Below the pieces are notes generated by a model. The model saw nothing but the letters and a program-made list of their open reading frames with translations, had not been told where the DNA came from and did not search any database. Shown piece by piece: positions 48,431 through 60,357 of a stretch of 64,000 bases of DNA; the first letter of the stretch is position 1, and each line of letters starts with the position of its first letter. The DNA lies in the NCBI GenBank assembly GCA_052426225.1, contig JBNJNM010000015.1:1736001-1800000 (forward strand), written 5' to 3'. This DNA is from Zancudomyces culisetae HAW-14-8 (lineage: Eukaryota; Fungi; Kickxellomycota). Made by a program: the position numbers and the translations under genes.

Positions 48431-49230
48431 TCAACAGCCTAAAGGATTTGTGGTATCCACCTTTTGGTTATAGTCAACAATTTTAAGGGGATCTGATATT
48501 CCAATGCATATCATGTATGCGTTTGAATCGTATAATATGACTCTTCGTAATAGCTCGATAATATAATACGTATAATTTCGAGCACCTGGGTTTGTAATTA
48601 AATCTGACTCGCCATAAAATAGTGTAAAACCGGCTACAAAGTCTGATAAGCTGTGCACTGGTTTTTCATTATTCAAGTATATAACCTGGCTATCAATTAT
48701 ATGTTTAATTTTTTCTCTATTAAAACAAGCCTTGTAAATTTGTGGTTTCAGACCGACAAACACAATCCTGTATATTGTTTTTTCTCCAATTCATCTAGCT
48801 TGACTTCATCATCCATATTGAATTGACTCGTGTAGACTGCAAACATTTCACCTATTATCTGGGCCTCAACGTTTTTGCTATTGTGTTTATTATCGATTTT
48901 GTTTTCGATAGCAAAGTAATAGTTGTATCTAAAAGCATTGTGTATGCCAACATCCATTTATGATGATAGATTTATATTGGTGCTTTTTATAATTGGCAAT
49001 AAATGATGTTTGGTTAAATCGCTATTTCCAACTAGTTAAAACACATCAAGTATACTTTAGACGTAGGTATTGATCATAGATTCAATAAAGTCATTGTTAC
49101 ACATATAACTAAGCGCAGCCTGATACAATGTTATAATTATTTTTATTGGATTTTCTGAAAGGTTGATATTTCATTTTTGCGTTTAGCACTGCATTTAATC
49201 TATAGCATCTTAGTAAGTCTTTTTGAGGAT
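48431..49230 (-). pseudogene. Decayed paralog of the neighbouring PD-(D/E)xK nuclease-fold gene
   Basis: ESMINTYV*SILDVF* / MDVGI..FAIENK..EAQIIGEMF / GLKPQIYKACFN / RNYTYYIIELLRRVILY align with the 516-aa neighbour. In-frame TAA at 49059-57, 49038-36 and 48960-58; frameshift near the A-run at about 48780. Confidence 0.85.
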
Positions 49231-50045
49231 ATTTTTAGGTCGATAGTAAAGCCATATGAATAATAAACCAACCTAGAGAGCATTACAGTAGCTAAACAAC
49301 GTATGTTTAGTATTTGCTCTAGGTAATTTCAATCGACCAAACAGAACTCCACTTTTATACAAATACACAATCGTTAATTTGTTGCTGCTACTCCTCATTC
49401 CGGGATTGTGAATGTTTAAGACGAGTTAAAATTACATCTATATTTGTTCCAATTTTGGTTTACCTTTTGGACGGACTATTATGTTGTATCCTGGCGTTTT
49501 CCAAAGTAGTAGGGTTCGATTAAGTGTTTAGTTTTTGTAATATTTCAAAAATTATATTTATTTATTAGAAATATTTATCCTAGAGCGTTTAAAACCTGGA
49601 AAACATAATAATGATAACTTTTAGTACTACTAGAAATATGGTAAGCACGACTAACAATTTATTTATTGTAAGTAAGTATTAGCGTGTTCCAACCCTGTGT
49701 TTATTTTCAGTATTGGTATTTTTAGTTTTTAAAATGTAGCTTTACTGACTTTTGAATAAAGAAACAATGTTTATCTTGTATTTTTTTACTTGTTCCTCTA
49801 GTCTTTCATATAAAAAGAGTTGTCAAGTTTTTTTTAAAAATCTGTCAAAACTAGGTATCCTCTACATAACACATAAACATATAAATAATCATCATTATAC
49901 TATATTTGATACCAAAAATTGGCGTTTATTTTAGTTGAGCTTTTAACTTGTTTCGAATTGACAGCGTAAATCACACCTTTTTACATTTCAACATATAGGT
50001 ATATAAAACGAATAAAAAACTAATCCAAAAACCTTTGTTTCATAT

Positions 50046-51596
50046 TCATGATTGAGCGATATTTCGTACAATATATGAATTCGTACTATATAGTATTACC
50101 CTTCTTAAAAGTTCCAAAATATAATACGAAAAATTTCTCGAATCAGGACTTTCGATCAAATCTAGTTCATCCTCAAACAACACAAGTTTTGTTACCAGAT
50201 TCGGTAAGTCGTGTGTAGCGTTCTCTCCCTTTTCATGGTTCTTTAGATTTTGTATTATCTTTGTCTCTATCTCCTCATTAAAGGTCGCCTTGTAAATACA
50301 AGGTGTTAGTCCTTGAAAAAGGATTCCGTATACAGTAACATCATTGGATTCTTCTGTGCGGAGATACTTGCTATTTTTAAGGTGGCTTAAGTACAAAACA
50401 AACATCTCTCCGATTAGCTGCGCTTCGCCGTTGGAACCATCAGTATTTCTGTCTACCTTGTTTTCAATTGCGATGTTACAATAAATTCCAAACTCGTTAT
50501 ATATCGCCACATCAATTTCGGATACAATATGAATTTCAGAATCATCTATTTTTAGATATAACTGAGCTATCTTTAATTCGGTATTTTTATTAAATCTGAA
50601 GATATCCAGTATGTTTTGTACATAACTGTTTACTACAGACTCATACGTTTTATTATCTCTCATGCTCCTTAATACTGGGTTTATAGCTCGGTATAAATCA
50701 CTGTTACCAAATTGTTTCATCAACCTTGTTATTTCATTTTTACTAGCTACTCTCGAGTTTAGGAGCATTAAAATCAACTTTTTTGATTCATTTATATGAG
50801 CGTATTGCGTTTCTATATAATTCAATTCAGACGAACTCATGTTTTCATCTTCATTAATCCTTTCAAGCTCACTCTTAGAACGAATATAGGTCTCTTCTAG
50901 CTTATCGTAGAAGTCCATCAACGACAACGACAGAATATATTTAATTTTGTTTTTGTCCTTCTTTTCCATACCAAAGAACTCCATAAATAGCTTTTTAGCT
51001 TCGTTTAAAGATTCGGAATTCACACCAAATATTTCACTGTCTGTGAAATCAGTTTTTCTATGTAACAATTTTAATTCATTATTTTTGTATGCGATTCGCA
51101 TACCGTCCAACAGGAAAACGCCTGATGAAAATATAGATCTGATAACAGCCGCATCTATATCGTCATATTGGAGGTTGATCTTCTTGTCCTTGAGCAACTT
51201 ATCATATAAAGATTCATTACCCTTAAGAAGCATTAGCAATACGCTTTTGGTCATATTTTCGGTCCCTTTGCTCAACTCCTCCATATAAACGCCAATCTTT
51301 TTGTTGTATTTACGTATGCTATTTTCACCAGATTGATATTTTAACTCGAGCTTGTTTACACCCATCAACAGATCCTCAATAACATATTCCAAAGTCCATT
51401 TGCTTGTTGAGTTAATATCTTCACTAGAAATGCTGCTGTCACTTTCAACGCTATCCTCTCTAGCCCTTTTTACTCTGCTTGACCCTTCTGTAGATGACCC
51501 AATATCTTCCATTCTGTTACAAAATTCACACTCTTCACACTCTTCACACCTTATACACCCTATACAAATGTATGACCTTTGATGTTTATGTGGCAT
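50046..51596 (-). CDS. Intronless protein with C-terminal PD-(D/E)xK restriction-endonuclease-like domain (Crinkler-REase-like effector family)
   Basis: E(SVVNSY)..EIDVAI..IAIENK..EAQLIGEM..VYGILFQG..IYK motif order; NLS-like RVKRAR; N-terminal CxxCxxCxxCxxCxxC; a paralog next door supports coding status. Confidence 0.75.
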   Translation of the reverse strand: MPHKHQRSYICIGCIRCEECEECEFCNRMEDIGSSTEGSSRVKRAREDSVESDSSISSEDINSTSKWTLEYVIEDLLMGVNKLELKYQSGENSIRKYNKKIGVYMEELSKGTENMTKSVLLMLLKGNESLYDKLLKDKKINLQYDDIDAAVIRSIFSSGVFLLDGMRIAYKNNELKLLHRKTDFTDSEIFGVNSESLNEAKKLFMEFFGMEKKDKNKIKYILSLSLMDFYDKLEETYIRSKSELERINEDENMSSSELNYIETQYAHINESKKLILMLLNSRVASKNEITRLMKQFGNSDLYRAINPVLRSMRDNKTYESVVNSYVQNILDIFRFNKNTELKIAQLYLKIDDSEIHIVSEIDVAIYNEFGIYCNIAIENKVDRNTDGSNGEAQLIGEMFVLYLSHLKNSKYLRTEESNDVTVYGILFQGLTPCIYKATFNEEIETKIIQNLKNHEKGENATHDLPNLVTKLVLFEDELDLIESPDSRNFSYYILELLRRVILYSTNSYIVRNIAQS

Positions 51597-53386
51597 CTTC
51601 TTTCAAGTTACTTTTACTTTTTTTTATCTATACGAACGTCTCTCTGCTTCGTATATCTCAAAAACTATAGTGCAGTGTATGCTTTCTTTATTCTATTACA
51701 AACTGGTTAATATACGATGTATGCTCTAATTCACCATACAATCCTTGTACTCAATACAATGTAGTATTTACGAGTTCATTCAAGAGTTTCTAACTATTTA
51801 TGCTTTTATTCAACTCTGATTGTCAGAAACCACACTTCACGCTATAACATTTGCGTTGGGTATTAATATTTCACCAATATATCTAATACTGCACTTATAG
51901 ATATATTGTATAGGTGGTTGTTTGGAATTTGTAACCATTTTCCCAAAACAAAATACACAATAACGCATACAAAAGTAAGCAAAAAGAACCGCTATGGTTT
52001 GTATAGCTATCTATTAATAAACATGATGTTTGATGTGATAAACCATTTTTATTAGTTTGTGGTGTGAATAGGTAAACAAATATGCATGTATTAACAAACA
52101 CCACCACAAAAACAGCACTTATTATCATCTTGTTGAACTTGAGCATTATTACTAACTGACACACACACAAAAGGTAGCTCGACATGTATATTCACATAAT
52201 CAAAGCTAGTATTAACATTTTCAATAATAAGTAAATGACTCGGATGTTACTAAGCTGGAACAACAAACTAGAATGGGGTTGACAATAGCATACATGGACA
52301 CACAAACTGAAGTCAACTGGAGTAAATAAACATTGAATGTCTGGGTCTATTCAACGTGTTTGTTAAACCATGAAGTACACAAACTAAAAATTGTATAGCC
52401 TCAAGTATCAGCATACTAAACTACAACACTGATTAACTGTTTAATAAAAATATTATCACCAACTAACAATGTAAGTATTAACTCTGTTTTAATTTCTTGT
52501 CATATTGTTTTTTGTGTTTTAGCATTCAGGGAAGTGGAAGTAGCTTTGATACTATAGTTTTGTGTAACTGAAGTAAGGCAACTTCAAAGTATACTAGTAT
52601 CTGGTTTTCCATTTTTCAACACATTTTATTATTCTATCCAACAGTAAGAGTGCAAACCAGAAAGCTAACCAAATACCGAGTAGAGCATTTATCTTCTACT
52701 CCAGTCTCTAAATACTCACCTCCAAGGTATAATACAATCAGTAATATCTCAATACCCACAATTAAAAGAAATGTGCTATATTAACTAGTTTTACTATTAT
52801 TTTATAGAAAACGGGGTTATCACAAAAGTTTAAACCAAAAAAAAGTGATAAACCTCATACTAAATCGAGTCACAAACACAACTAACTCCACAATACTTCA
52901 CTACACATTTTTTTAGGTAGGTTGTTAGTTTGTTACAAAACCACATAAATCATAAATAAGCTTGAAGCTCGATATACTACTACTCATAATTGTGTGTTTG
53001 GTATGCACCCCAGACAACTTCAATTGGTCAAACCCTCTGAGTTTTACTGACCATTTGTGCTTTTCAACTAACTCTCACCTTCCACATTGAACTGGTATTC
53101 GGATAATATGATGTTCCTAGATTAATAAAATAAGATCAACCAAGTATACTTTCTTGATTTTTTTTTACATCTTGTGATATTTCTTTGGTAATCCAATCAC
53201 AAGAAACGAAAAGATCTCACAACCAGTGGATGTTGTTTTGGGGATTAGGTTTCAAAAAATAGCCTGGTTATTCATATTCTGAGAATCAAGATAAGTTTGC
53301 AGAAATTGAAAAAGAGCTTCTCTGTATTTTATTTTTAGAGTATTTCGAAAATCAAAATAATAATAAAAAACAGGCAATTTGTGAAA

Positions 53387-54490
53387 ATGAGCAGAATATT
53401 GGTGTATGGATCAATCAACATTGATGAAGTGTATACAGTTCCACACATTGTAAGACCTGGAGAAACAATAGGGACAACAGAAAGGCTAGAAGTTGCAGGG
53501 GGTAAAGGAGCAAACAGCTGTGTGGCGATGAGCATGGCAGGAGGTGAAAGCTATTTACTGGCAAAGATCGGAGAGGATGGAAAATGGGTGAAGGATATTA
53601 TCGAGAGTAAAGGCACTAATATCGAAATGATATCTGAATCAAAGTCGGAGCAGACCGGAAGGGCTATAATCCAAGTTAGCGAGAAGGACGGAGAAAACAG
53701 TATTCTGCTATTCAAGGGCGGTAATCATCGACATGAATATCAGGAAACTATAGAAAAAATAGATAGAGCTGGGTTTGGAAAAAGCGATTATTTGGTTCTG
53801 GCAAATGAAACAAATCTGATTCTAGAAATTGTAAAATATTGCAAGACAGAAAGGAACATGACTGTTGTGTATAACCCAGCTCCAATGCCACAATTTGATT
53901 CTGTTTATGATTACTGTGAAACAGGAAAGAAAGAAAAGGAAGGTGTTAATGAGTCAAGCAAATGTAATAGAGGGACACCGAGGTTGTGGAGAGATATAAT
54001 GAAGCAGGTTTTGGAGTATGTGGATGTTTTGGTGGTAAATGAAACAGAGATGGAAGCATTGTATCAGGAAGTTTGCGATCAAAAGGGTAATGAGCAGGAG
54101 GTTGATTATGTAGAAATGCTAAAGCTTTTGAAGGAAAAGATTGGCAGTATAAAGACAATTGTGATGACACTGGGAAGTAAAGGTGTTGTCTGTGGACATG
54201 GTGACCACGAGATATTGCGATGTGGTATTGCTCCAATAGATCAAAGCAAAGTAATAGACACTACAGCAGCAGGTGATACCTGGATAGGGTATTTTGTTGT
54301 TGAGCTAGCGAACCAGAGCAAAGATAGTGTAAGTGCAGATGGGAGCGCTGGGATTACAGTAGAAATGCTCAATAGTGCAATGAAAGTGGCAAGCCATGCG
54401 AGTGGGCTTTCCGTTTGTAGCAAAGGTGCTATTCCAAGCATTCCACCAAGAAGTGAAGTAATTAGATTTTTGAATAATGAGTGTATTTAG
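53387..54490 (+). CDS. RBK1: Ribokinase (PfkB family)
   Basis: VYGSINID, GGKGANS, TGRAIIQV, GENSI, YNPAP, VVNETE, TLGSKG, DTTAAGDTWIG, GAIPSIP. Confidence 0.93.
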   Translation: MSRILVYGSINIDEVYTVPHIVRPGETIGTTERLEVAGGKGANSCVAMSMAGGESYLLAKIGEDGKWVKDIIESKGTNIEMISESKSEQTGRAIIQVSEKDGENSILLFKGGNHRHEYQETIEKIDRAGFGKSDYLVLANETNLILEIVKYCKTERNMTVVYNPAPMPQFDSVYDYCETGKKEKEGVNESSKCNRGTPRLWRDIMKQVLEYVDVLVVNETEMEALYQEVCDQKGNEQEVDYVEMLKLLKEKIGSIKTIVMTLGSKGVVCGHGDHEILRCGIAPIDQSKVIDTTAAGDTWIGYFVVELANQSKDSVSADGSAGITVEMLNSAMKVASHASGLSVCSKGAIPSIPPRSEVIRFLNNECI

Positions 54491-54730
54491 TACTCCTTTG
54501 TGGGTATTTATTTTTTGTCGTGGTTTGGTCTGAAAAGTGTGGTCTTAGATTATAACATGATACATAGTTTTTTTTTTATAATTTTTTGTTTTATTAAAAA
54601 TGTATGCAAGCAAACAAAATGTAATACCATATCGTGTAATATTGTTTTTATTTGTCAAAAAAAAGGGAAGGGTATACTGTAGGAGGAATGTCGATTCTAG
54701 CAAAAAGAAATACCATGTTTGTTATACTGA

Positions 54731-57700
54731 TCAGCAAATTAAACCTAAAATGTGATTACACAAGGGTTTTATGCTGGTGGAAAGCTGTGAGTCAACCTCC
54801 CTCTGCCCAAAGGTTAAAGATGATATCTTTTTCAGTGTACTTTTGAAGTTTTCGAGCTTTTTAACAGGGAATACCACCAATTTTTGACCATTGTCATCAG
54901 GATTAGATCCAGCGCTAGAAAAGTTGGCCAAATTCATCAGTATAACAAGGCCTCGATGACAAAACCCAATAGATAACATAATATTACTGTTGTTTTTGCC
55001 ATTTTTCTTATTAGCATTTACATAGCAAGGAGAAGATATGAGGTTTTCCAGAATAGATAAAAATGTCGGGTGGCAGCAAACCAAAAACCTCACAGCAGAT
55101 GGGTGAGCTGTAAGTGTGGCAAGCGCACCAGAGGCGGCAAGAATAGTGTTTGAATCATACACCTGGGTATCCACCAGCAATGAATCGTTCGTGTGTTCAA
55201 AGTCAGATAGAGCGGCAAGTAAGTGTAGTTTGTGGGCTCTAAAGGGTTCGTTTTCGTTGTCATCTGAGGATTCGGGAGATTTAAACTCGGGAATATCTTC
55301 CGAATGTTCAATAAAGTGCATAAATGCAGCCTCGCTATTTGCAACTAGGTTGCACACCAGCTCCACGGCAGCTCTTCTTACCATCTTCATGGAGCTATAA
55401 AGCAAATTGTCAACAATTTTTAGACTTTTCCCACCATCATACATTGAAAATACATCAGCCAAGCTACCGCCGCCATTACCACCACTACGGTAGCTTTGAC
55501 CATCAACAAATCCGACAAAATTTGTGAGTGCCATTAATGATTCAAAAACGCAAAGCTGGTCAAAGCCATTGTGCTCTGCGAGTTTCAAAAACGGTCCTAT
55601 CAGACTTGATGCAGGCGTAGATGATGATTCTGGAAACGCCAGGTTGGGTGGAATCGTAATGGCAATCTTAGCAAGTGCGTGAGCAGCCTTAAAATCGCGG
55701 TCGACGTCTGCTGTTTTTTTGGAATCACTTTTTTCTTTTCCACTATTCCGTTTGTCGCCAGAATTATTTTTATTATTTTTGGGTTTTCCAATAGACAATG
55801 CAAGGGTGTTTCTAGTTAATACTAAAACACAGCCACACTGAACTAGAACGCCACGAAGCTTTGGCAAACAGCAAAGAGAGAACACGATATCAACCACAAC
55901 ATCAATAGTTGAGTCGGAAGAGTTACGGTTAGCCGAGCTCAAAACGGTAGATATCAGTTTTGGCATTTCCCCCAGTTTGGTACATCTTGCATCAATCGCT
56001 TCTTGTGATTCAAAGGTTTTTTCGTCAAAATCCTTTTGTTTTTCCTCTTTTTCTACATCGATGCCAGCTGCTTTCCGCTGACTTTTCATGGCTGTTTTTT
56101 GGAGTCGGTTAGCGTTTGCCTGTTCTTCACTAATTGGCGGTTTCCTATACACCAAGTTTCTGATAATAGAAACAAACGCAAACCGTGTTGCCGCCCTCTT
56201 CTCACCAACTGCACCCTTTTCGTTGGAGTTCGAGACAAACTCAACCAATTTAGCCAAAAGCTTTGACTCTGTAATTATATTCTTCTGATTGCTTTGCAGA
56301 CTAAGATAGCTTAATGACTCTGCTGTGGATTCAACAACGTCAAAATCAGTTTCTTTTGGCTTATTCATGTCCAACTTCATAATGTTGTTTGTCAAAATAT
56401 CGATTAGCTTTTCTGGTGTCAATTCGCTCTTTTCTTTAATCTCCTCAACGGTAGGCACAGCTGCGCTTTTAATCCCGGTCCCAGAAGTTCCTGAAAACAT
56501 TGCTTCCCCAGTCAACTTGGCCAGTGCAGTGGTGGAAATATTTGCCAGTCTCACACCCACTTCTCCCCCTCCATTTTTGGCCGAATCAATAGACTCACGT
56601 AAAAATTTAGTCCCATGACAACTTATCAGTGCTCGTGTTGCTTCAATTCCGGCGGCAATATCACTCAGGATAGCCAACCCCAACCTCGTCTCCAACTCGT
56701 CGTATTCGGCCTCTTCAAACATGTCTTGAACAATCGATACCGAATTTGCAAGCAGTGCGAGTATACTGGAGGACTGTGCACTTAAAATTCCTGCTAGGGC
56801 ATGGTATCCTCTGGCCTTATCTTTCTGTTTAGTTGATTGTAGCCACTCCATTATGGCACTTTCGGCGTATTTCGCTATTTTCATGCACTCTGGGATTTCC
56901 TTTTCCTTATTTATGAGCCGACTCAACAACAACCACCCAAGCCTCGAATCTTTCTCTGAGAAATTTCCACACACGTACAGCAGCTGCGATAAAGGAGCTG
57001 GTAATTTTATACTGCTTCTTTTTTTGTTGTTTTTCAAAGCGTCCCTTTGCGGATACTCCTCCGAGTTTAAGTTGACTAGGGTCTGAGGATTCGAAAAGGC
57101 CTTTATTGCAAGACCTTCATTCAATTCAGCTAGTAATACTGCATTCCTCAGCACATTACTTCTTTGCTCTAATTCAGCCGAATGCATTGCAAAGTAGAAT
57201 ATCTTATCAAAAAATGTGCTATACCCCTTCGTTTCAAGAATGGATTTGGACTCGAGGTCACCCAACTCAAATAATTTCTCTAATGCCTTACTATACAGGG
57301 TATTGTTTTGTGAGCAGCAAAGTTCCAATATTTCATTCGGGATTTCATAGCTGAGACGATCCCATAATTTTTGAAACGTGTTAAATACTTCAGCTATCAT
57401 CTCCTTGTCACCATTTTCGCGCATCTGTATCGTTAGTATTTCAACGAACTGACTCGACAGTGTTTTAAAACGTCCTAAAAGTTTATCGCTGTTATCCTGG
57501 TTCATTGCAAGAGCTTCAACAAAGTTCACGTAGGTTCTTACCAGCTCTATAAACTGAAGTGCTGAGACATGCTCTCCATGGAAAACCCTACGCCTCAAAA
57601 TGTCTAGGCTCTTGCAATCTTCATTTACAAGCTTGTTGTTGGGAATCTGGGTTTCAAAGTATATTTTTACGCTTCCAACCAACTCATCTATAGAGTAACT

Positions 57701-58097
57701 TTCTTCTTCAGTAGATTTTTTATACAAACTCATTCCCATGAGCCCCTTTTGTAAAGCTTCAATATTTTCCTTCGTTTTTTGCGAGTCATCTTTCTCCATT
57801 ATTTTGGCAGCCTGTAAAAAGTCTGTACCAGATTCAGCTGTCTTTCCAAGCTCATAAAGTACTTGACCCCGCCTAATGAGCACCTCAGCCGTAGATTTGG
57901 AGGTTTTTAATGCTATTTTCCACATGTAACATATATCCTACTGTTATACTTGCTATTCTAATCCACACAACAAATTCAACGCATTTCAGCAAAAATTTAT
58001 ATATAGAGGGAAAATTCTATCATATATCAATTGTTTATTATTTTTTACCTTCGGTCAGCTCCCTGTACTTTACTTGTAATTCGTCCACACTTGCCAT
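54731..58097 (-). CDS. SHE4: UCS-domain myosin chaperone (UNC-45/She4/Rng3) with an N-terminal TPR-like repeat (exons 58097-58049, 57912-54731)
   Basis: ESLSYLS, RGVLVQCG, AAHALAKIAITIPP..AF, FESLMALTN, VRRAAVELVCNL, AASGALATLT, HRG are UCS signatures; a phase-1 intron gives MASVDELQVKYRELTEALKTSK. Confidence 0.88.
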
Positions 58098-58653
58098 TCT
58101 CAGAAATCTTAGTTTGTCCTGCTTTTTAATACCAATAATGTCTTTTTTTGTGACGGAAGTGAAGGGAGCAATATTCAAGTTGTATTCAGGTATACAAGTT
58201 TGCTTGTAGTGTTACTCGATAAAATAAAACACTGTAATTGCAGCTATAATAAAACCGAAAATCCAACTTTGGACTTGTGTAATATGCTGTATATGCTCGT
58301 TTGTTTAGCTGAGATTGTTGTTAAATAGCAAAAACAATAGTACTAGACATTCATTGAGCTTTGAAGCTAAAGTAATCAAATACAGTCCACTGGAATTCCC
58401 CTGTCTCCAATACTATTGGCTAGGAAAAAACTGAGGTTTTCATTACTTTGCTTTTAGTTATTTTTCTAAATGGGCCAATAAAATCGCCGTAATTTTCAAA
58501 TCGAATATAAAAAAATTTTTTTTTTCTTTTCAACACTTGTAAATATATTTTAAAGATTGAAATCAGGCACAGTTTAAAACAACACCTACTTCATCTAACT
58601 TTTCGATTGTAAAATAAGGTGGGTAAGCCGAGAATAATACATTGTTAACAAAA

Positions 58654-60357
58654 ATGGTGTTACAAGTCTCGAATCCAAATAATGTCAAGATTTATACTGT
58701 TTCAGGGTCAAATGTTTCTAGAAAACTACCCGAATGGCTGGCTCGTGCAAAGAAGAAGGCTCTGAAAAAGGATATAGATTGGCAGACGCGAATAGAGCTG
58801 ATCCAGGACTTTGAATTTCCAGAAGCCTCAAATCGAATTAAAATCACACCCGATGGACAATACTGTATTGCTACAGGTGTTTATAAACCACAGATGCGAG
58901 TGTTTGACTTTTCACAAATGTCGCTGAAATTTGAGAGACACACCGAGGCAGAAAATGTAAATTTTGAGATACTATCAGAAGATTGGACAAAGACAGTGCA
59001 CTTACAGAACGATAGAAGTATCGAATTCCACTCAAGCGGAGGTCTGCATTATAAAACAAGGATTCCAAAATTCGGACGTGATCTGGCGTATCATTACCCT
59101 TCATGTGACCTGTTGGTAGTTGGAGCCTCTAAAGAAGTATACAGACTTAATTTGGAGCGCGGTCAGTTTTTAAATCCACTTTTAACATCAACAAAGGATG
59201 GGATCAATGTTGTATCAATCAACCCAGCACATCAATTGTTTGCATTTGGAACAGATTCAGGCACAGTAGAATTCTGGGATCCCAGAACTAGGGGAAGGAT
59301 AGGTTTGTTGACCCCAAGTGGCGAACAAAACTTTGAGGGTGTAGGAGAATCTGGATTGGAAATATCAGCTATTTCTTTTAAAAATGACGGGTTGGGTATG
59401 GCTTTAGGAACCTCTACAGGAAAAACAATGCTGTTTGATTTGCGTCAAGCACACCCCCTTCTCGCAAAGGATCAAGGATATGGAACACCAATCAAGAAGA
59501 TAGAGTGGGTGGAGCCAAATATGGCCAATATGGGTGCGGCAGAGTCATCGTTTATTTTGAGTGCCGATGCAAAATCTATAAAGATCTGGGGAAGTGGAAA
59601 TGGAAAATCATATGCAGCAATGGAACCATCTAGCGACATTAACGATGTTTGTGTTAATAAAAACACGGGATTGATATTTGTTGCGGGGGAGGGAGTTGAG
59701 ATGCATACATACTTTGTTCCATCTCTGGGCCCACCTCCAAAATGGGCCAGTTTCCTTGAAAATCTGACGGAAGAACTGGAGGAGAGCAAACAGGTCAACG
59801 TATACGAAGATTTCAAATTTGTTACCAAGAAGGATCTGGAGGCATTGGGTGTGGATCATCTGATAGGATCTTCAAATATTCTCAAACCATATATGCACGG
59901 TTTCTTTATGGACTTGAAATTGTACGAACAAGCCAAGGCCATAGCAAATCCATTTGCATATGAGGAGTACAAGGCACAGAAGGTTCGGGAAAAGATTGAA
60001 AAACAAAGATCAGATCGTATTAGGGCAGACCCATCATTACCTAAGGTTAACAAGAATCTTGCTTTGCGTTTGATTGAGCAGAGTGCTCGAGGTGCGGATT
60101 CAGATGACAAAAATGCTCCAACCAGACCATCCAGAAGCGAGAAAACCGCCAAGGCTCGTGCTGAGCGTGCTTCTGGTTTGCTCAAGGATTCCAGATTTAC
60201 GGGATTGTTTGACAACCCAGAGTTCGAAGTGGATGAAGAATCTAATGAGTATAGGTTATTGAAACCAACTGTTTCTGGAAATGCAGCATCTAAGAATCTT
60301 AAAAGGGCTTCAGTTGTTGACGACGATGATTCAAGTGATGATGACAATTATTATTAG
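58654..60357 (+). CDS. ENP2: Ribosome biogenesis protein Enp2/NOL10 (WD40 + NUC153)
   Basis: RIELIQDFEFP, ATGVYKPQ, LKFERH, RIPKFGRDL, YRLNLERGQFL, LGPPPKWASFLENLTEELEE, PYMHGFF, DSRFTGLFDNPEFEVDE. Confidence 0.96.
   Translation: MVLQVSNPNNVKIYTVSGSNVSRKLPEWLARAKKKALKKDIDWQTRIELIQDFEFPEASNRIKITPDGQYCIATGVYKPQMRVFDFSQMSLKFERHTEAENVNFEILSEDWTKTVHLQNDRSIEFHSSGGLHYKTRIPKFGRDLAYHYPSCDLLVVGASKEVYRLNLERGQFLNPLLTSTKDGINVVSINPAHQLFAFGTDSGTVEFWDPRTRGRIGLLTPSGEQNFEGVGESGLEISAISFKNDGLGMALGTSTGKTMLFDLRQAHPLLAKDQGYGTPIKKIEWVEPNMANMGAAESSFILSADAKSIKIWGSGNGKSYAAMEPSSDINDVCVNKNTGLIFVAGEGVEMHTYFVPSLGPPPKWASFLENLTEELEESKQVNVYEDFKFVTKKDLEALGVDHLIGSSNILKPYMHGFFMDLKLYEQAKAIANPFAYEEYKAQKVREKIEKQRSDRIRADPSLPKVNKNLALRLIEQSARGADSDDKNAPTRPSRSEKTAKARAERASGLLKDSRFTGLFDNPEFEVDEESNEYRLLKPTVSGNAASKNLKRASVVDDDDSSDDDNYY

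Noticed and set aside
3285-49059. Several in-frame TAA codons in broken genes suggested possible stop-codon reassignment
   Set aside because: TAA terminates many intact genes here (SEC31, TRM11, DPM2, SDR) and no conserved gene has an internal TAA
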